The notes under the pieces were generated by a model. That model was not told the origin of the DNA and did no database searches. It saw only the letters and a list, made by a program, of their open reading frames with translations. From a virus (Duplodnaviria > Caudoviricetes), in IMG/VR virus record IMGVR_UViG_3300045391_005020: a stretch of DNA of 64,000 bases; one strand, written 5' to 3'. Position numbers and translations under genes: made by a program. Positions within the stretch are counted from its first letter, which is position 1, and every line of letters begins with the position of its first letter. Positions 49,942 through 61,053 of the stretch are shown piece by piece.

Positions 49942-52800
49942 TGTTGGACCCTTCGTCCCTCGAGTAATGCGAGTGCGTCCCTGACGCACCCCAGAAGCCC
50001 TTCCGTTGTCCCGTAATGATGTCCATCACGGTGAAGGGCGTGCAGGTGTGCAGACAAGAACGGCCTCGCAGCCTGAAGCGCCTGGATGGCGGCCGTAATG
50101 CCGTCGACCGGATTCGGGATGTCGTCGCAGGCTTCGAAACAATCGCAGATCCGCTCGAACAACGCGCGGTCCAGCTCGGAGTCCGGCATCGCAATGATCC
50201 GGAAGCTGCCGTCAGTCCCGTATGCGAGATGTCCATCCTCGGTCACGAACAGTTCGTTGTGGGTAAACATGATCAGTCCGGAAAGAGGCCGAACGTGATG
50301 GCGCGAAAGAATCGTCCGAGCATCCCTCGGGCCTCGTCCTTATCGACCTCCATCAAATGCTGCTTGGCGATCAGGACCGCTTCTTTCATGGCGCAGTCCT
50401 CGGCGTGCCCGATGCGACCATCGCCGGCTTTTTCCATAGCACGGGTCTCGGCGGTCGGGCGGCGCCCACCACAAACTGGACACTGCTTGATATAGTCAGC
50501 TTCGTTGATTGCCCATTGGACGGCCTTGAGCGTCTCGAAAAATCTGACCGACTGTTCACGGGTCAGGGGTCCTTGGCGGTTAGCCATTATTCCTCCTCGG
50601 AGTACGGGTCTATCTCGGCCCTGAAGTGACTCTGGGCGCTAGCGAGACAGCGGTTGAAGTCGATCTTCTCTCGGTTGCAGTAGTGCATCAGGTCGGAGAG
50701 AAGGTCGGTCGTGCACGTGTCGTAGCCCTCATTGACGTCATAGTTCGTCCTGAGGGTTTCGAGCGCACGCTCGACTCGTTGTAGATTTCTAATGGTCATG
50801 TTTTCCTCAGTACCAGGGCCACATGGAGAAACCGCGCTCAGCCCAGAATCTGAGCCAATGCACCGCTTCGTGGACCGTCAGGTTCTCGCCGAATTTGCTC
50901 TGCTTGTCCCAGAGCAACTGGTTCAGCAGTTCGAATTCATCTTCGTGGCCAGGCTTGGCCGCAGATTCAAGGAAGTGATCTTCGCTGATCTCGAGGTACC
51001 GCTGGTACTTCGGCATCATGCGATTGATCAGTTCTTTGTCGATCAGGCAGTCGAGCCGCTTGGCGTAGTCCAACATCTGCTCTGGATCGTGCTCCAGGAA
51101 GGCCTCGTCGACCAAGTCCTTCGGGACGATCTCGCAGTACTGGATACGCTTGCCGCGGAAACTTTCGAAACCGGAAGACGTCGCGAATGGATTGCACAGG
51201 TTGTGCCGAATCAGATCCAGATTCTCCTTCGGGACCGTATCGACCATGATCGACCCGTCGGCATCCTTGACCACTTCCTCGAATGGACGGTTCCAGTAGC
51301 CCGCGTAGTTGCCGTGCAGGCCCCGCACCTCCGGTGACATCTCGTCGATCATCTTCCGGTGGTTCTCGTAGATCTTCCGAAACGCGTCCATGGCGGCGTC
51401 GTCATTATTGGCGTCGAGCCTGAGGGCGCCGAGCGCCTCCATCGGACTCTGGGCCATGCCTTGCAACTTCTTGCGCAGCTGTTTGAACTCCGGGCTATCC
51501 CGGTCAGTCGCCTGCAATTGTCTGGTCAGGCTATTCACTTCGTCTCGGTCGGCTCCGTCGAGGAACCGCTCCCGCAAACACCAATCTAATCCCATGGTGG
51601 GCTCCTCTTTTATCCGCAGTCCTGATGGACGCTCAGGGTCAGCGTCGTTTTGTATTTCTTTTCAAATGCGATCGCGGCCTTGGTCTTGGTCATGACGTCG
51701 TCGAGACCCCAAAACACTTCGTCGTGCAGATCCGATCCACGCAGGCCCTCGCCGACGTATCCGGCGTAGAGGCCCATGCCGGTCTTGGCCTTGAACTCGT
51801 CGGTCAGCTCTTTGTAGAGTGACTCGAGCAAGTCGAGTTGGTTCTCCGAAAGCTCGCCCATGTCGTATCCGCTATCGTGAACCTGGACAAAATTGGCAAG
51901 GACGCCGTCCGGAGACGATCCGATGTCCTTCGCGATGTTTGCGACCTCACCCATGAACAGCTTCCAGGGTGTAGACGCTTCTTTCTCGACCGTATCCGGG
52001 TCGATCACGTAGTGGCTCTGGCTGAAATAATCAGTTCCCACTGGGAACCTCCTTCGGTGGTGTCCATCCGGCTTTCCGGAAGGCCTTGACGATGTTGAAT
52101 GCCTGAACGGTCCAGATCCATCCGTTCCGCTCGTTGATCAGGTTTTGGACGATCTCGCACATCGCGTCGTCGATCTGTTTGTCGAGCACGACCTGCGCCC
52201 GAATCGCCTGAATCTGTTCTTCAGTGAGGGACATGATCGTTCTCGGTGACCACGATACGGTTCACCAGGTACTTCGCGCGATCGTGGAAGACCTCGAGGG
52301 CACGTTCGATCGACAGTGTATAGACGCCGTCGTGGAACTCTTCCTCGCCGTTCCGGTTTTTGAGCCAATGGACGGCGTACTCGATCCTGCCGTCCCGCTC
52401 TGACCACTCGCGGACGGTGGCGCCATGCCAGTCGTCGGGCAGGAGCGCCGGAGAATCGAATCTCATGATGGTTTTCACAGCAGATTCTTCCAGATGTAGA
52501 CCGCGCACGGATACACGATGACAACGCCCAGCAGTCCGAGCACCGTCAGATCGAACAGATAGCCAGTTACTTTCTTCATCGATGCCCCATCACGGCCTCG
52601 AGCTTTTCAGCGCGCGGCGTCAGGGCGTCCGTGATGGCATGGGCCAGGCTCGATTCGATCCGGGACGCAGCCCACAGGATCGCAATCGCAGTCAGCGTGA
52701 ATACGATGATCTTGAAATTGGTAGTTTGGGCGAGGTACATGAGCCCTCTGGGGTGTTTGTTTTTCATAAGGCGGTCCCAAAGAGGGAACCGCCAGATCAA
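49938..52800 (-). other. hypothetical gene run (49938-50270, 50273-50587, 50587-50799, 50807-51595, 51610-52041, 52031-52234, 52221-52467)
   Basis: Coupled ORFs with SD sequences. Confidence 0.55.
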
Positions 52801-52806
52801 GCGCCC

Positions 52807-53631
52807 TCAGGTGGGCCGCTTGTAGAGCGTGCGCTGGAGCACCAGCTCCTTCAGATCCGCGATGGATTTGTTGTTCGACTTCGCGACCAGGTCCTCGACC
52901 GCAGCGTCGGGCGCGTTCGGGATCAAACCCTTGATGTAATTCCGGCGAGCTTCCGCATCCGGCGGCTTGATCTCGACCGGGCAATCGAACCTGCTGGGAC
53001 GGATGAGCCGCTCCGACAGATCTTCCTTCTTGTTGGTCGACGCCACGAACAAGACGTGCTCGATCGCGAACGATCCATCCAACACGTTCAGGATCGCTTC
53101 CTCGTACCCGCCATCCATATAGCGATCGAGGTCCTCGACCATGACGACCACCGGTGTCGTCGGACACGCGGCCCGGAAGACATCCATGGCGGCCGGAAAG
53201 GTCCCGAAGTGACCCAGCTCGAGACAGATGCCGCCGCGCGACATCACGTCCTGGATGATGAGTCGGATCAGGGTGGTCTTGCCCATGCCGGGCAGCCCGT
53301 ACAGAAGGACGCCGCGCTTGTGCGGGAACCCGAGCTGCTGGTAGAGCTCGGAACCGTTCCAGAACTTGTCGAGCTCAGCCAGGACGCCCTGCTGGGTCTT
53401 GTCCCCGACGATCTTGCACGTCGGGATGTCTTGCTTGACGAAATACATGGTGCCGTGGTTCATTTGGTACTGATAGACCCCGGGCGGCAGAGCCTTGACC
53501 GTATTGGTCGCCTCGCGGGCCATGTAGGACTTGCCATCCGTGGTCGCGAAGCACTCGATGTTGTATTTCTCTTTGGTGTCGTCCTTTTCGGACTCCGCGA
53601 TGATCTTGCCAATTTCGAATAGAAGGCTCAT
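52807..53631 (-). CDS. AAA+ ATPase
   Basis: HKRGVLLYGLPGMGKT, MVEDLD, ILNVLDG, STN, RPSRFD. Confidence 0.9.
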   Translation of the reverse strand: MSLLFEIGKIIAESEKDDTKEKYNIECFATTDGKSYMAREATNTVKALPPGVYQYQMNHGTMYFVKQDIPTCKIVGDKTQQGVLAELDKFWNGSELYQQLGFPHKRGVLLYGLPGMGKTTLIRLIIQDVMSRGGICLELGHFGTFPAAMDVFRAACPTTPVVVMVEDLDRYMDGGYEEAILNVLDGSFAIEHVLFVASTNKKEDLSERLIRPSRFDCPVEIKPPDAEARRNYIKGLIPNAPDAAVEDLVAKSNNKSIADLKELVLQRTLYKRPT

Positions 53632-53712
53632 AAGAGCTGTCCTTTCAAGGGTCTGACGACCCTTCTGGATCGTAACAATAGGTTTGCTGCCAGAAACAAT
53701 AGTGTTATGGTA

Positions 53713-54774
53713 ATGGGTATGCTGATCCCGAATCACACAGGTGGTTTGCCGCGTTGGGTCAATTATGTCGTCAGTTTCGTGTTCAGCTGGCTTGCTCTGG
53801 CCAGTGTCATCAACGTCACGGTTCACCGTGTCGACGGCACTGTCTTTGAGTCACACCACGTCAATGCGTGGTTCCAGCACTGGTACGATGCGGTCGACGC
53901 CGGCAAATTCCGGTTCGACCCTGTCTGCGAGCCCATGATTTCCATCTCGGGCGTCTTCACGCTCGGGGCCCAGAAGGCCGAGATCCTGTACCGGTTGGCC
54001 AGCTATCCCAGCTTCGACGACGACACCATCATCTTCTGCAACCGGGTCATGACGCGGGAGCAGGCGAAGGTCCTGATCCGGTCCCAGTACGGTCTCGATG
54101 ACGACATGCTGGAACACTGGTGCCTGATGATGTGGGATCACAACGGCGCCTTCCGGGACTGCCTTGACGACATCTTGCCGAGCTTCCTGGACGCCAAGAT
54201 CGCCCCGTCAATCCACTGGGGCTATGACCTCTCGGGTCACGGCGGCTACTCGGACAAGTCCTACACGGCGGGAATGATTCGGATCCACATGCTGGCCGAA
54301 TGGCTCTACCGAGCCGGCCACGACACTCCGGACATCCTGATCATCGAATCCTGCAATGGCGACGGCACGACCCCGGTGGCCGAGCTCCTGGCCCAAGACG
54401 GCGTCTTCCCGAAGCGCTTGGTATTCACGCCGGGCGGATACCCGACCTGCGCGTACCTGGCCTCGATGGCCCGTAAGCTCGGCCTCGAATCCGAACAGAA
54501 CCTGTTCGCCCCGGTCTATTACCAATGGGGCATCGGCGAGCCCGGCTGGGGCTGGGCCCTGCAGCGGCTCAACATCGAACCGGTCTATTCGGCGATCGAC
54601 ACCAAGGAATTCATGAACGCGATCCCTGGACTCCTCCAGGACTATGGCAGCGCGGTCGGGCTCAACGGCCAGATCGATACGCCGGAGCTCCGGCACGCCT
54701 GCCACGAGATCGCGAATGAACTCACCGCACCCGTGATTCACAACAACTCTGATCACGAGTTCGTCGTCGACTGA
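53713..54774 (+). CDS. membrane-anchored hypothetical protein
   Basis: ~350 aa with an N-terminal TM segment and GC3-rich codons; divergent promoter motif at 53675. Confidence 0.65.
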   Translation: MGMLIPNHTGGLPRWVNYVVSFVFSWLALASVINVTVHRVDGTVFESHHVNAWFQHWYDAVDAGKFRFDPVCEPMISISGVFTLGAQKAEILYRLASYPSFDDDTIIFCNRVMTREQAKVLIRSQYGLDDDMLEHWCLMMWDHNGAFRDCLDDILPSFLDAKIAPSIHWGYDLSGHGGYSDKSYTAGMIRIHMLAEWLYRAGHDTPDILIIESCNGDGTTPVAELLAQDGVFPKRLVFTPGGYPTCAYLASMARKLGLESEQNLFAPVYYQWGIGEPGWGWALQRLNIEPVYSAIDTKEFMNAIPGLLQDYGSAVGLNGQIDTPELRHACHEIANELTAPVIHNNSDHEFVVD

Positions 54775-56009
54775 TCAGAGTTCGCGCTCGACCATAAATT
54801 TGGTCACCCGGGTGAACCGCAGCTGTGCGGCCGGGACCTCTTGGTGGTAGACGTTCCCCATGACCCGAGTCGAGATGAACACGCGCTCGACATCATTTTC
54901 ATGCAGCCGCGATGGCTCGGCGATGGATCTGACCCGGCTGTAATACCCATCGGCCCCGAGGTACGCGAAGCAGTGGTTCTTGAGCTTCTCGCGCATCAGC
55001 GCCCCTCGGGGTCGGCCTGGCCCAGCGAATAGTCGCTCGCCGGCCCACTGACGTGGTGCCCGCCGCGGACCTCGGCTGCCACGGCTTCGCTGCGGTAGGA
55101 ATGCAGCTCGTCCGTGGAAGGCTCCGCCATCTTGACCACCGGATACTTGCCGCGCCAAGACGATTTCTTGAATAACCAAACCAAATCCTTCAGTTTCTGT
55201 CGCATTATTCTCTCGGTGGAGTTGGGATATCGATCGTGAGCTCGGACGCTCTCGCATTCAGCGCGTAGCCTCCGCGCACGTTGACCAGCACCATCTCGGT
55301 AGGGCAGCCTGCGATGGGCGCGGACTCGATGGTGATGACCGGATAGTTCCGGCCATGCGAGCGCTGGTCGTAAATGAAGCGTCGCTCTTTGAGTTTCTCG
55401 CGCATGGTTACTCCCGGCTAGGGACGTCGACAGTCAGTTCCGACTGATCAACGTCGAACAGATGGTCGCCACGTAGACGGACGCAAACACGCTCGCGGTC
55501 GTATCCGCGCGACGTGGCCGCTTCGATCTTGATGACCGGATAATCCCGGCCGTGACGGTCTTGTCTGTACAGGAATCGTTTCTCTTTGAGCTTCTGTCGC
55601 ATGGTTAGCTCTGGACCTCAGGAAGCCCGAGGACGAGGTCGGATGACCTTACGTTCAAGCCGCCCGCGTGGGGCACTTGGATCTGAACCTGTTCCTTTTC
55701 GTATCCTTGCGACCCATCCTGGATGGCCTTCACGTAGTAACGGTGACCGTACGAGCCGGGGCGATAGATGAACCGACGTCCATAGAGTTTCTGTCTCATG
55801 GACTATCGACCACTCTGATCGGGGATCCCGAGCTGCAGATCACACTGGGCCACGTCGACGCTGTTAGCGCCACGCAGGTCCAACATAACGCGCTCCCGGT
55901 CAGTGGCGCCGTTGTCGAGATGGGTCTGAGACATCTTGACGACAGGATAGCGACCGCCGTGGTTCTCCGGACGATACAGGAACCTGAGTTCTTTGAGTTT
56001 CTGACGCAT
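54775..56009 (-). repeat. tandem array of six paralogous small genes (54775-54996, 54996-55205, 55205-55405, 55408-55602, 55605-55799, 55803-56009)
   Basis: All begin MR(Q/E)KL; most share F.Y...G..YPV. Confidence 0.85.
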
Positions 56010-56199
56010 GGATCCTCACTCGATATAAGGGTTGGTGTCGACGCACTTGTGATTGCCTTCAATGACGCCGCAAATCACGGCGCACGGGTACTCTTCGGCC
56101 ATCATCCGTTCGGCCTCGTTAGGATTTTTCGCTTCGCAAAAGCTTGCCCAACGTTGCTTGGTATCCGGATAGAACCCGATCAACGTATAGGTCTTCTGC

Positions 56200-56574
56200 T
56201 TAGCCCTGGTCTTCTTCGTCTTGGTCATGGGTTCTCCGCTTCTGATCCGGACAATCGTCCGGTAGGGGGTTCTCGTACTGGGCCCAGAACCGGTCGGCGT
56301 TCTGGAGGGCGCGCCGCATGTTCTCGGCGCCGATCGGATTCATGCTGTGGACCGCCCATTCGAGGCGCTCGAGCACTCCTTCGTAGGCGGCTTTCTCGAT
56401 CCAGCACGCTACCATGTAGCCGTTGCCGGTCTTCTGAATGTCGCCGAGGTCATGATCGAGGCTGATATGGGTCACTCCACCAGCCTCGAGTTCAGCGATC
56501 GCTTCACTGGCCGTCTTGACGTGGACCGTGTAGGGCCACGGCATGGGGCGTTTATCGTCCAGCCACAGCTTCAT
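56200..56574 (-). CDS. cyclic-phosphate-processing receiver domain protein
   Basis: MKLWLDDKRP...ISLDHDLG...GY...HSMNPIG. Confidence 0.85.
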   Translation of the reverse strand: MKLWLDDKRPMPWPYTVHVKTASEAIAELEAGGVTHISLDHDLGDIQKTGNGYMVACWIEKAAYEGVLERLEWAVHSMNPIGAENMRRALQNADRFWAQYENPLPDDCPDQKRRTHDQDEEDQG

Positions 56575-56840
56575 TGATGCACCGGTCGTTCTTCCAGTTC
56601 GTACCATTCTCCGTCGACGGTCTGGAAGTACCGGTCGACTGCCTGGTATGGGCTGGTGGGCTGCGTGCCGCCCACTTCGCTCCACCAGTCAGTCACGTAC
56701 TCCAACAAGGACTCGCGGGCGAGATCCTCGGTCGCGAATACGTCGATGTCGGTTCCGTGGCGATGGTTGATCACCAGGACCCAAACCATCGACTTGTTCT
56801 TTGGTTTGGCTCTCGCCATCGAATCTCTTTTCTTTAGCTA

Positions 56841-57257
56841 TCAGGTGGCCGCGGCCGGCTCCCGAACTTGGCAGTCCGACAGCGGAAGTTCCTGGATGCT
56901 GTAGAACAGCTGGTGATCAACATTCGATTGCTCCCAGAGCCACCGACGCTGATCAGAAGTCAGATCGTCCCACATGTTGTTCAGGTCGTCGAAGTCAGAC
57001 AGGTCGTCTTCGCTCATATCCAGATAGTCCCGGATATTCTCGAGCTTGTCTTCATCGAACGCATCGCCGTCGTCCGGATCATTGTATTCGAATACGTTCC
57101 GGGTTCCGCACCGCTCGGCGTTGAGACGATGGAGTTCATTCAGGGCCGCTTCGTGCGACCGGTACGAGTCTATGGCAGCGCTGTACCCGTCGGCATACCG
57201 GAAGCACCGGTCATCATGGTACTCGATGTTGTTCTGTAAGATCACAAAGATTTGCAT
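56841..57257 (-). CDS. acidic paralog family A, copy 3
   Basis: YRSHEAA...W..LTSDQRRWLW...DCQVREP. Confidence 0.75.
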   Translation of the reverse strand: MQIFVILQNNIEYHDDRCFRYADGYSAAIDSYRSHEAALNELHRLNAERCGTRNVFEYNDPDDGDAFDEDKLENIRDYLDMSEDDLSDFDDLNNMWDDLTSDQRRWLWEQSNVDHQLFYSIQELPLSDCQVREPAAAT

Positions 57258-57291
57258 AATGCCCCTTTCTGGCGAGCTATTGATTTGATCT

Positions 57292-57687
57292 TCAGGCGGT
57301 CTCAGCCGGCTCGCGGACCTCGCAGTCGACCAACTGAATCTCGCGGACCGTGAAGAAGTAGTTGTCGGAGATATGGTCGCGCCAAACACTAATTCGGCTG
57401 TTATCAGAAAGATCGCCCCAGCGATCATTGACGTCGTCTTTGTCAGCTATGTCGGTGAGGCCTTCGATCTCGCTCAGGCGTCCAAGGTCGGCACCGTAGA
57501 GGGGATCTTCGTTCCAATCGAACGGGTTCTCGGTGATGTACTTGTCGTCGTTCAGCTCGTCACACTTCTGGCGCGCCTGTTCCCCAGATCGGTAAGCTTC
57601 GCGAGGGAAGCTGCCCTCTTCTTGGTAAGGATAGTCGCTGTCCCGGTTGAACGAATGCTTCTGGACCACAAAGATGGTCATGCTCAT
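57292..57687 (-). CDS. acidic paralog family A, copy 4
   Basis: YRSGEQA...NPFDW...DCEVREP. Confidence 0.75.
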   Translation of the reverse strand: MSMTIFVVQKHSFNRDSDYPYQEEGSFPREAYRSGEQARQKCDELNDDKYITENPFDWNEDPLYGADLGRLSEIEGLTDIADKDDVNDRWGDLSDNSRISVWRDHISDNYFFTVREIQLVDCEVREPAETA

Positions 57688-57976
57688 AGGGTTTCCTATT
57701 TCGCGTACGGGTAACAGAACACCGCGTATTCGCGGCCAGTGATCCGGATGGTCTCGAAAGGCCCGCCGGGTTCGATCGCGGTCACGAAGTCCTCGAAAGT
57801 TCCAAAGCACGATAGGTGTGCAGCGCCCTGAACTTCCTCGAAACCGACCTGGATGGCCTCGACATGAAACAGAGCGGGGCCGATCTGGAGAGACGCTTTC
57901 AGGTTACAGTTGGGAGCGTCGGCTGGACCGATCGATTCCCAAATCAAGTCTTCCAGCGGTATCCGCGGACGTTGTG

Positions 57977-58522
57977 TTACTTCAGCTCCCACGGTTGTCC
58001 TATTCCGAGGCTTTTAACCGCCTCGAGGTATTCTTCTTCAAGTTCTGGATCGGTGCCCACCAGGGCTTCCCGATAGAGCTGCATCGACTCGGTCCCGTAG
58101 AGGCGCTTGAAGTCCTCATCGGCGCCGGCCATGTCGAGCAAGTTGTCGATTCGATCCGCCAGCTTGATGCACTTGACGCCCGGAATCAGGCTCGCGATAT
58201 GCTTGCGATCGAGCGCCTTGCGCTCAGCGCGACTGAGTTCGGGGTGCTGCTTGGACGGATTCGTGAGGTCGTGGACGATATGGTGGATCGACGTGAAGCA
58301 GTTGAACTCACGCCAGATGTCGTCCAGCTTGACCCCACAGTCCTCGACGACGTCGTGGAGCCACGCTGCGGCGATGAACTCGTCGTTGGTGAATCGGGGG
58401 TGCCTGCACAGTCGGGCCGCCACGCGACCCGGGTGCTCGATATAGGGTCGGTTCGTGTATTTCCTGAGCTGGCCACGATGCGCCTTCTCGGCGAACTTGG
58501 CAGCCTGAATGATCAGGTTCAT
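57977..58522 (-). CDS. HD-domain small alarmone hydrolase-like (RelA/SpoT HD, Mesh1-type)
   Basis: AH.GQLRK...PYIEHP, AAWLHDVVED, IKLADRIDNL. Confidence 0.88.
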   Translation of the reverse strand: MNLIIQAAKFAEKAHRGQLRKYTNRPYIEHPGRVAARLCRHPRFTNDEFIAAAWLHDVVEDCGVKLDDIWREFNCFTSIHHIVHDLTNPSKQHPELSRAERKALDRKHIASLIPGVKCIKLADRIDNLLDMAGADEDFKRLYGTESMQLYREALVGTDPELEEEYLEAVKSLGIGQPWELK

Positions 58523-58947
58523 GAATTACCTAATGTAGTTACTCGAGTTCGAGTATTTCGAATTGGTTCTGGGCGTGCTCGTGGTCGAGAGACCCGACCA
58601 TGTAGAAGCACAATTCGCGCAGGAGGGCGGTGTCCGAGCCGTCAGCGGCTGGGCCTTCCTCGGCGATCCTGATGAGTCGTTCGTATTGTTCTTCCATCTT
58701 GGCACGCGCCTGGTCCTCCAGGGCGGCCATACGGATCAGCTCGCGTTTTATCTGAGCCTTCACGTCCTGCATGGTAATCCTCCTGTATGGGAGGATTATT
58801 ACACCGTCCCATCACAAACAAATGTATTGTTTAATGGTAGAGTGAGACGTGTGAGTCGCCCCGTGAGACGCGAAGAGCTAGGCGATGTCACCTAGCTCTT
58901 CTGTACCCTATTAAGATTTGGTTAGCAATGCGTCGAAAACTAACGCC

Positions 58948-59790
58948 TCATTCGCTCACTTTTTGCGCATAACGCCGCGGAAACAGCTTCGGGTGGCGTC
59001 CGCGCCAGCGCGAGATGTGGACCCCCATCGAATTCGGGGAAATCTTCAGTGTCTTCGCGATGATATGCACGGTCTTGCCCTGGGCCCACATGGCCGCGGC
59101 TTTCTCCATCACCGGCGTGATGGTCATGACCTGTTCGCGACGTTCGACGTAGCGTTTGATCTTCTCGCTCTCATCGGTGATCGCTTGCTGCTCACGCTGC
59201 ACACGCTGCACCTGACGACGGCTAGGATGACCGGCCTTTAGGCAGATTTGACGCACCCGTTCCTTCGAGATCCCGAGCTTCTCGGCCAAGACGGTGTGCT
59301 CGGTGCCCTTGAGGTCTTCCTCAAGGATCCAGTCGCGCTGCTTAGGGGTCACCTTGATGAGCTGATCGTAGGCAGCGCTGGGCTTGCCGGAAATACGACC
59401 AACAGGGCGCATTGGGATCTTATGTTTCACCAGGACGCGTCGAATCATGACAACCGTGGTGTCGTAGCGGGCCGCAAGATCGCGCAGCGTCGCATTCTCA
59501 TTATAAGCCTTACAGATCGCCTCTTCGTACGGAGCAAGTTTCTCCGGACGGGTGTGAGACGACTTGGCGGGGCGGGCCTGTTCCTTCGGGGTCAGGCTCG
59601 GCGTGGGGTCGGTGGCCTGGATCCACTTGGCCACCCGATTGGTGGTCTTCGCGACAGGTAGTGGTTTCGGTTTCGGCTGCTTCGGGGCTTTGACACCCAA
59701 CAGCGCCTGCTCGAGGAAGCTGAGGCCGTGTTGGACGGTGTTCTCCAACAGCTCTGGCCGTCGCTTCTGGGTTTTCTTGGTTCCGCTCAT
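58948..59790 (-). CDS. multi-HTH (sigma region-4-like) DNA-binding protein
   Basis: LAEKLGISKERVRQI plus two further HTH-like segments. Confidence 0.65.
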   Translation of the reverse strand: MSGTKKTQKRRPELLENTVQHGLSFLEQALLGVKAPKQPKPKPLPVAKTTNRVAKWIQATDPTPSLTPKEQARPAKSSHTRPEKLAPYEEAICKAYNENATLRDLAARYDTTVVMIRRVLVKHKIPMRPVGRISGKPSAAYDQLIKVTPKQRDWILEEDLKGTEHTVLAEKLGISKERVRQICLKAGHPSRRQVQRVQREQQAITDESEKIKRYVERREQVMTITPVMEKAAAMWAQGKTVHIIAKTLKISPNSMGVHISRWRGRHPKLFPRRYAQKVSE

Positions 59791-59941
59791 AGTCGGTCTC
59801 CGTTGGATAAGGGGAGGACGATGCTGACCTTTTACATCCGGTCAAGTTGTTTGTCACGATGTGGACATCGTCCAAATGGTCCCGTATGAATCATGTACAA
59901 TAGGATTGCCTGAAAGGCAAATGGACCTCCGTGGAAATGAC

Positions 59942-59967
59942 AAAACCCTGCCGAGTGGCAGGGTTTT
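59942..59967. terminator. bidirectional intrinsic terminator
   Basis: AAAACCCTGCC-GAGT-GGCAGGGTTTT. Confidence 0.75.
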
Positions 59968-59991
59968 GTGTGTCTGTAGAGGCTACCGGCT

Positions 59992-61053
59992 TCAGCCCTT
60001 GACAAGTCGGGTCTTCTCCTGTCCCAGGAATTCCACTGCGGTTTTGGCGGCACCTAGCACGTCGGCAGTGCCGACATAGGGCTTCAGGACCTCGCCGAGC
60101 GGCGGATAGACCACGCCGGCGCCGTCCAGGATGGCCGCGATGGCCTTGTCGTCGAACTCCTTGCCCTCTTCCGGTATCAGCGGATTCAGTCGAGCCAACA
60201 GGGAGTCTATCAGGGTAACTTGGGTGACGTTCTGGCCGTCGGTTCCCGGCACCAGCTCGTTGGAGGCGAAGTGGCGACGCTGGTCGTCGTCGCACAGCTT
60301 CATCCGCATGTATTCGATGCATGCGCCGGCCAGCGACTTGATGTCGGCCTTGGCTAGGTCGATCTGGTTCTTGCCCGAGTTGAGCTCGGGGTTCTGGATC
60401 GCCAGCAGCTGCAACCGGTGGTCGAGCTTGGGACATTTGAGCGAGGCGAGCTGGATGGTGTCTTCGAGACGTTCGCGGTGCTCCTTGATCGCCTCGTCGG
60501 TCTCGGCCTTCAGGAAGGCCTCGAACTCTTCGGTAATATCCTGCATGGCCTCGATCATGTTGTCTCGCTCATGATCGGTCAGGCGGGCCGGGTTCTTCTC
60601 GTCGTCGACAATATCCTTGTCTGCCTTCTTCTGGACCTTGAAGGCGCCCACGAACGGGATGACCTTCACGATCGCAAATTCGTGCATCCAGATGAACTTC
60701 GAACCCTCACTGGGGTAGAAGCCCTGGCCGTCGTCGTCGCCGATCGGCTGGTATAGGCGGTTGCCGAACCGGCAGTAGAACTTGCCCTTCTCGGCCACGA
60801 AACCGGTCTGTTCCCAGAAGTACTGGCCTTCTTCCTTCTGGGGCGGACGTGACATCAGGATCGCGTTCCCCATGGACTTGAGCGCTTCGTTGAGCTTCTC
60901 GAGCCAGTTGATCAGTACCACGCGTCGCTCAGCTGCCGCTTTGATCTCGGCTTCCTTGGCCGCGTCGGCCGCGGAGGGTGCCTGGGCGATCTCGACCAAT
61001 GCCGGCGGAACCTCGACAGGGGTCACGGGCTGGGGCTGAGCTTCTTCAGTCAT
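59992..61053 (-). CDS. hypothetical protein
   Basis: ~353 aa with an AAGGA SD; promoter motif at 61104. Confidence 0.7.
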   Translation of the reverse strand: MTEEAQPQPVTPVEVPPALVEIAQAPSAADAAKEAEIKAAAERRVVLINWLEKLNEALKSMGNAILMSRPPQKEEGQYFWEQTGFVAEKGKFYCRFGNRLYQPIGDDDGQGFYPSEGSKFIWMHEFAIVKVIPFVGAFKVQKKADKDIVDDEKNPARLTDHERDNMIEAMQDITEEFEAFLKAETDEAIKEHRERLEDTIQLASLKCPKLDHRLQLLAIQNPELNSGKNQIDLAKADIKSLAGACIEYMRMKLCDDDQRRHFASNELVPGTDGQNVTQVTLIDSLLARLNPLIPEEGKEFDDKAIAAILDGAGVVYPPLGEVLKPYVGTADVLGAAKTAVEFLGQEKTRLVKG

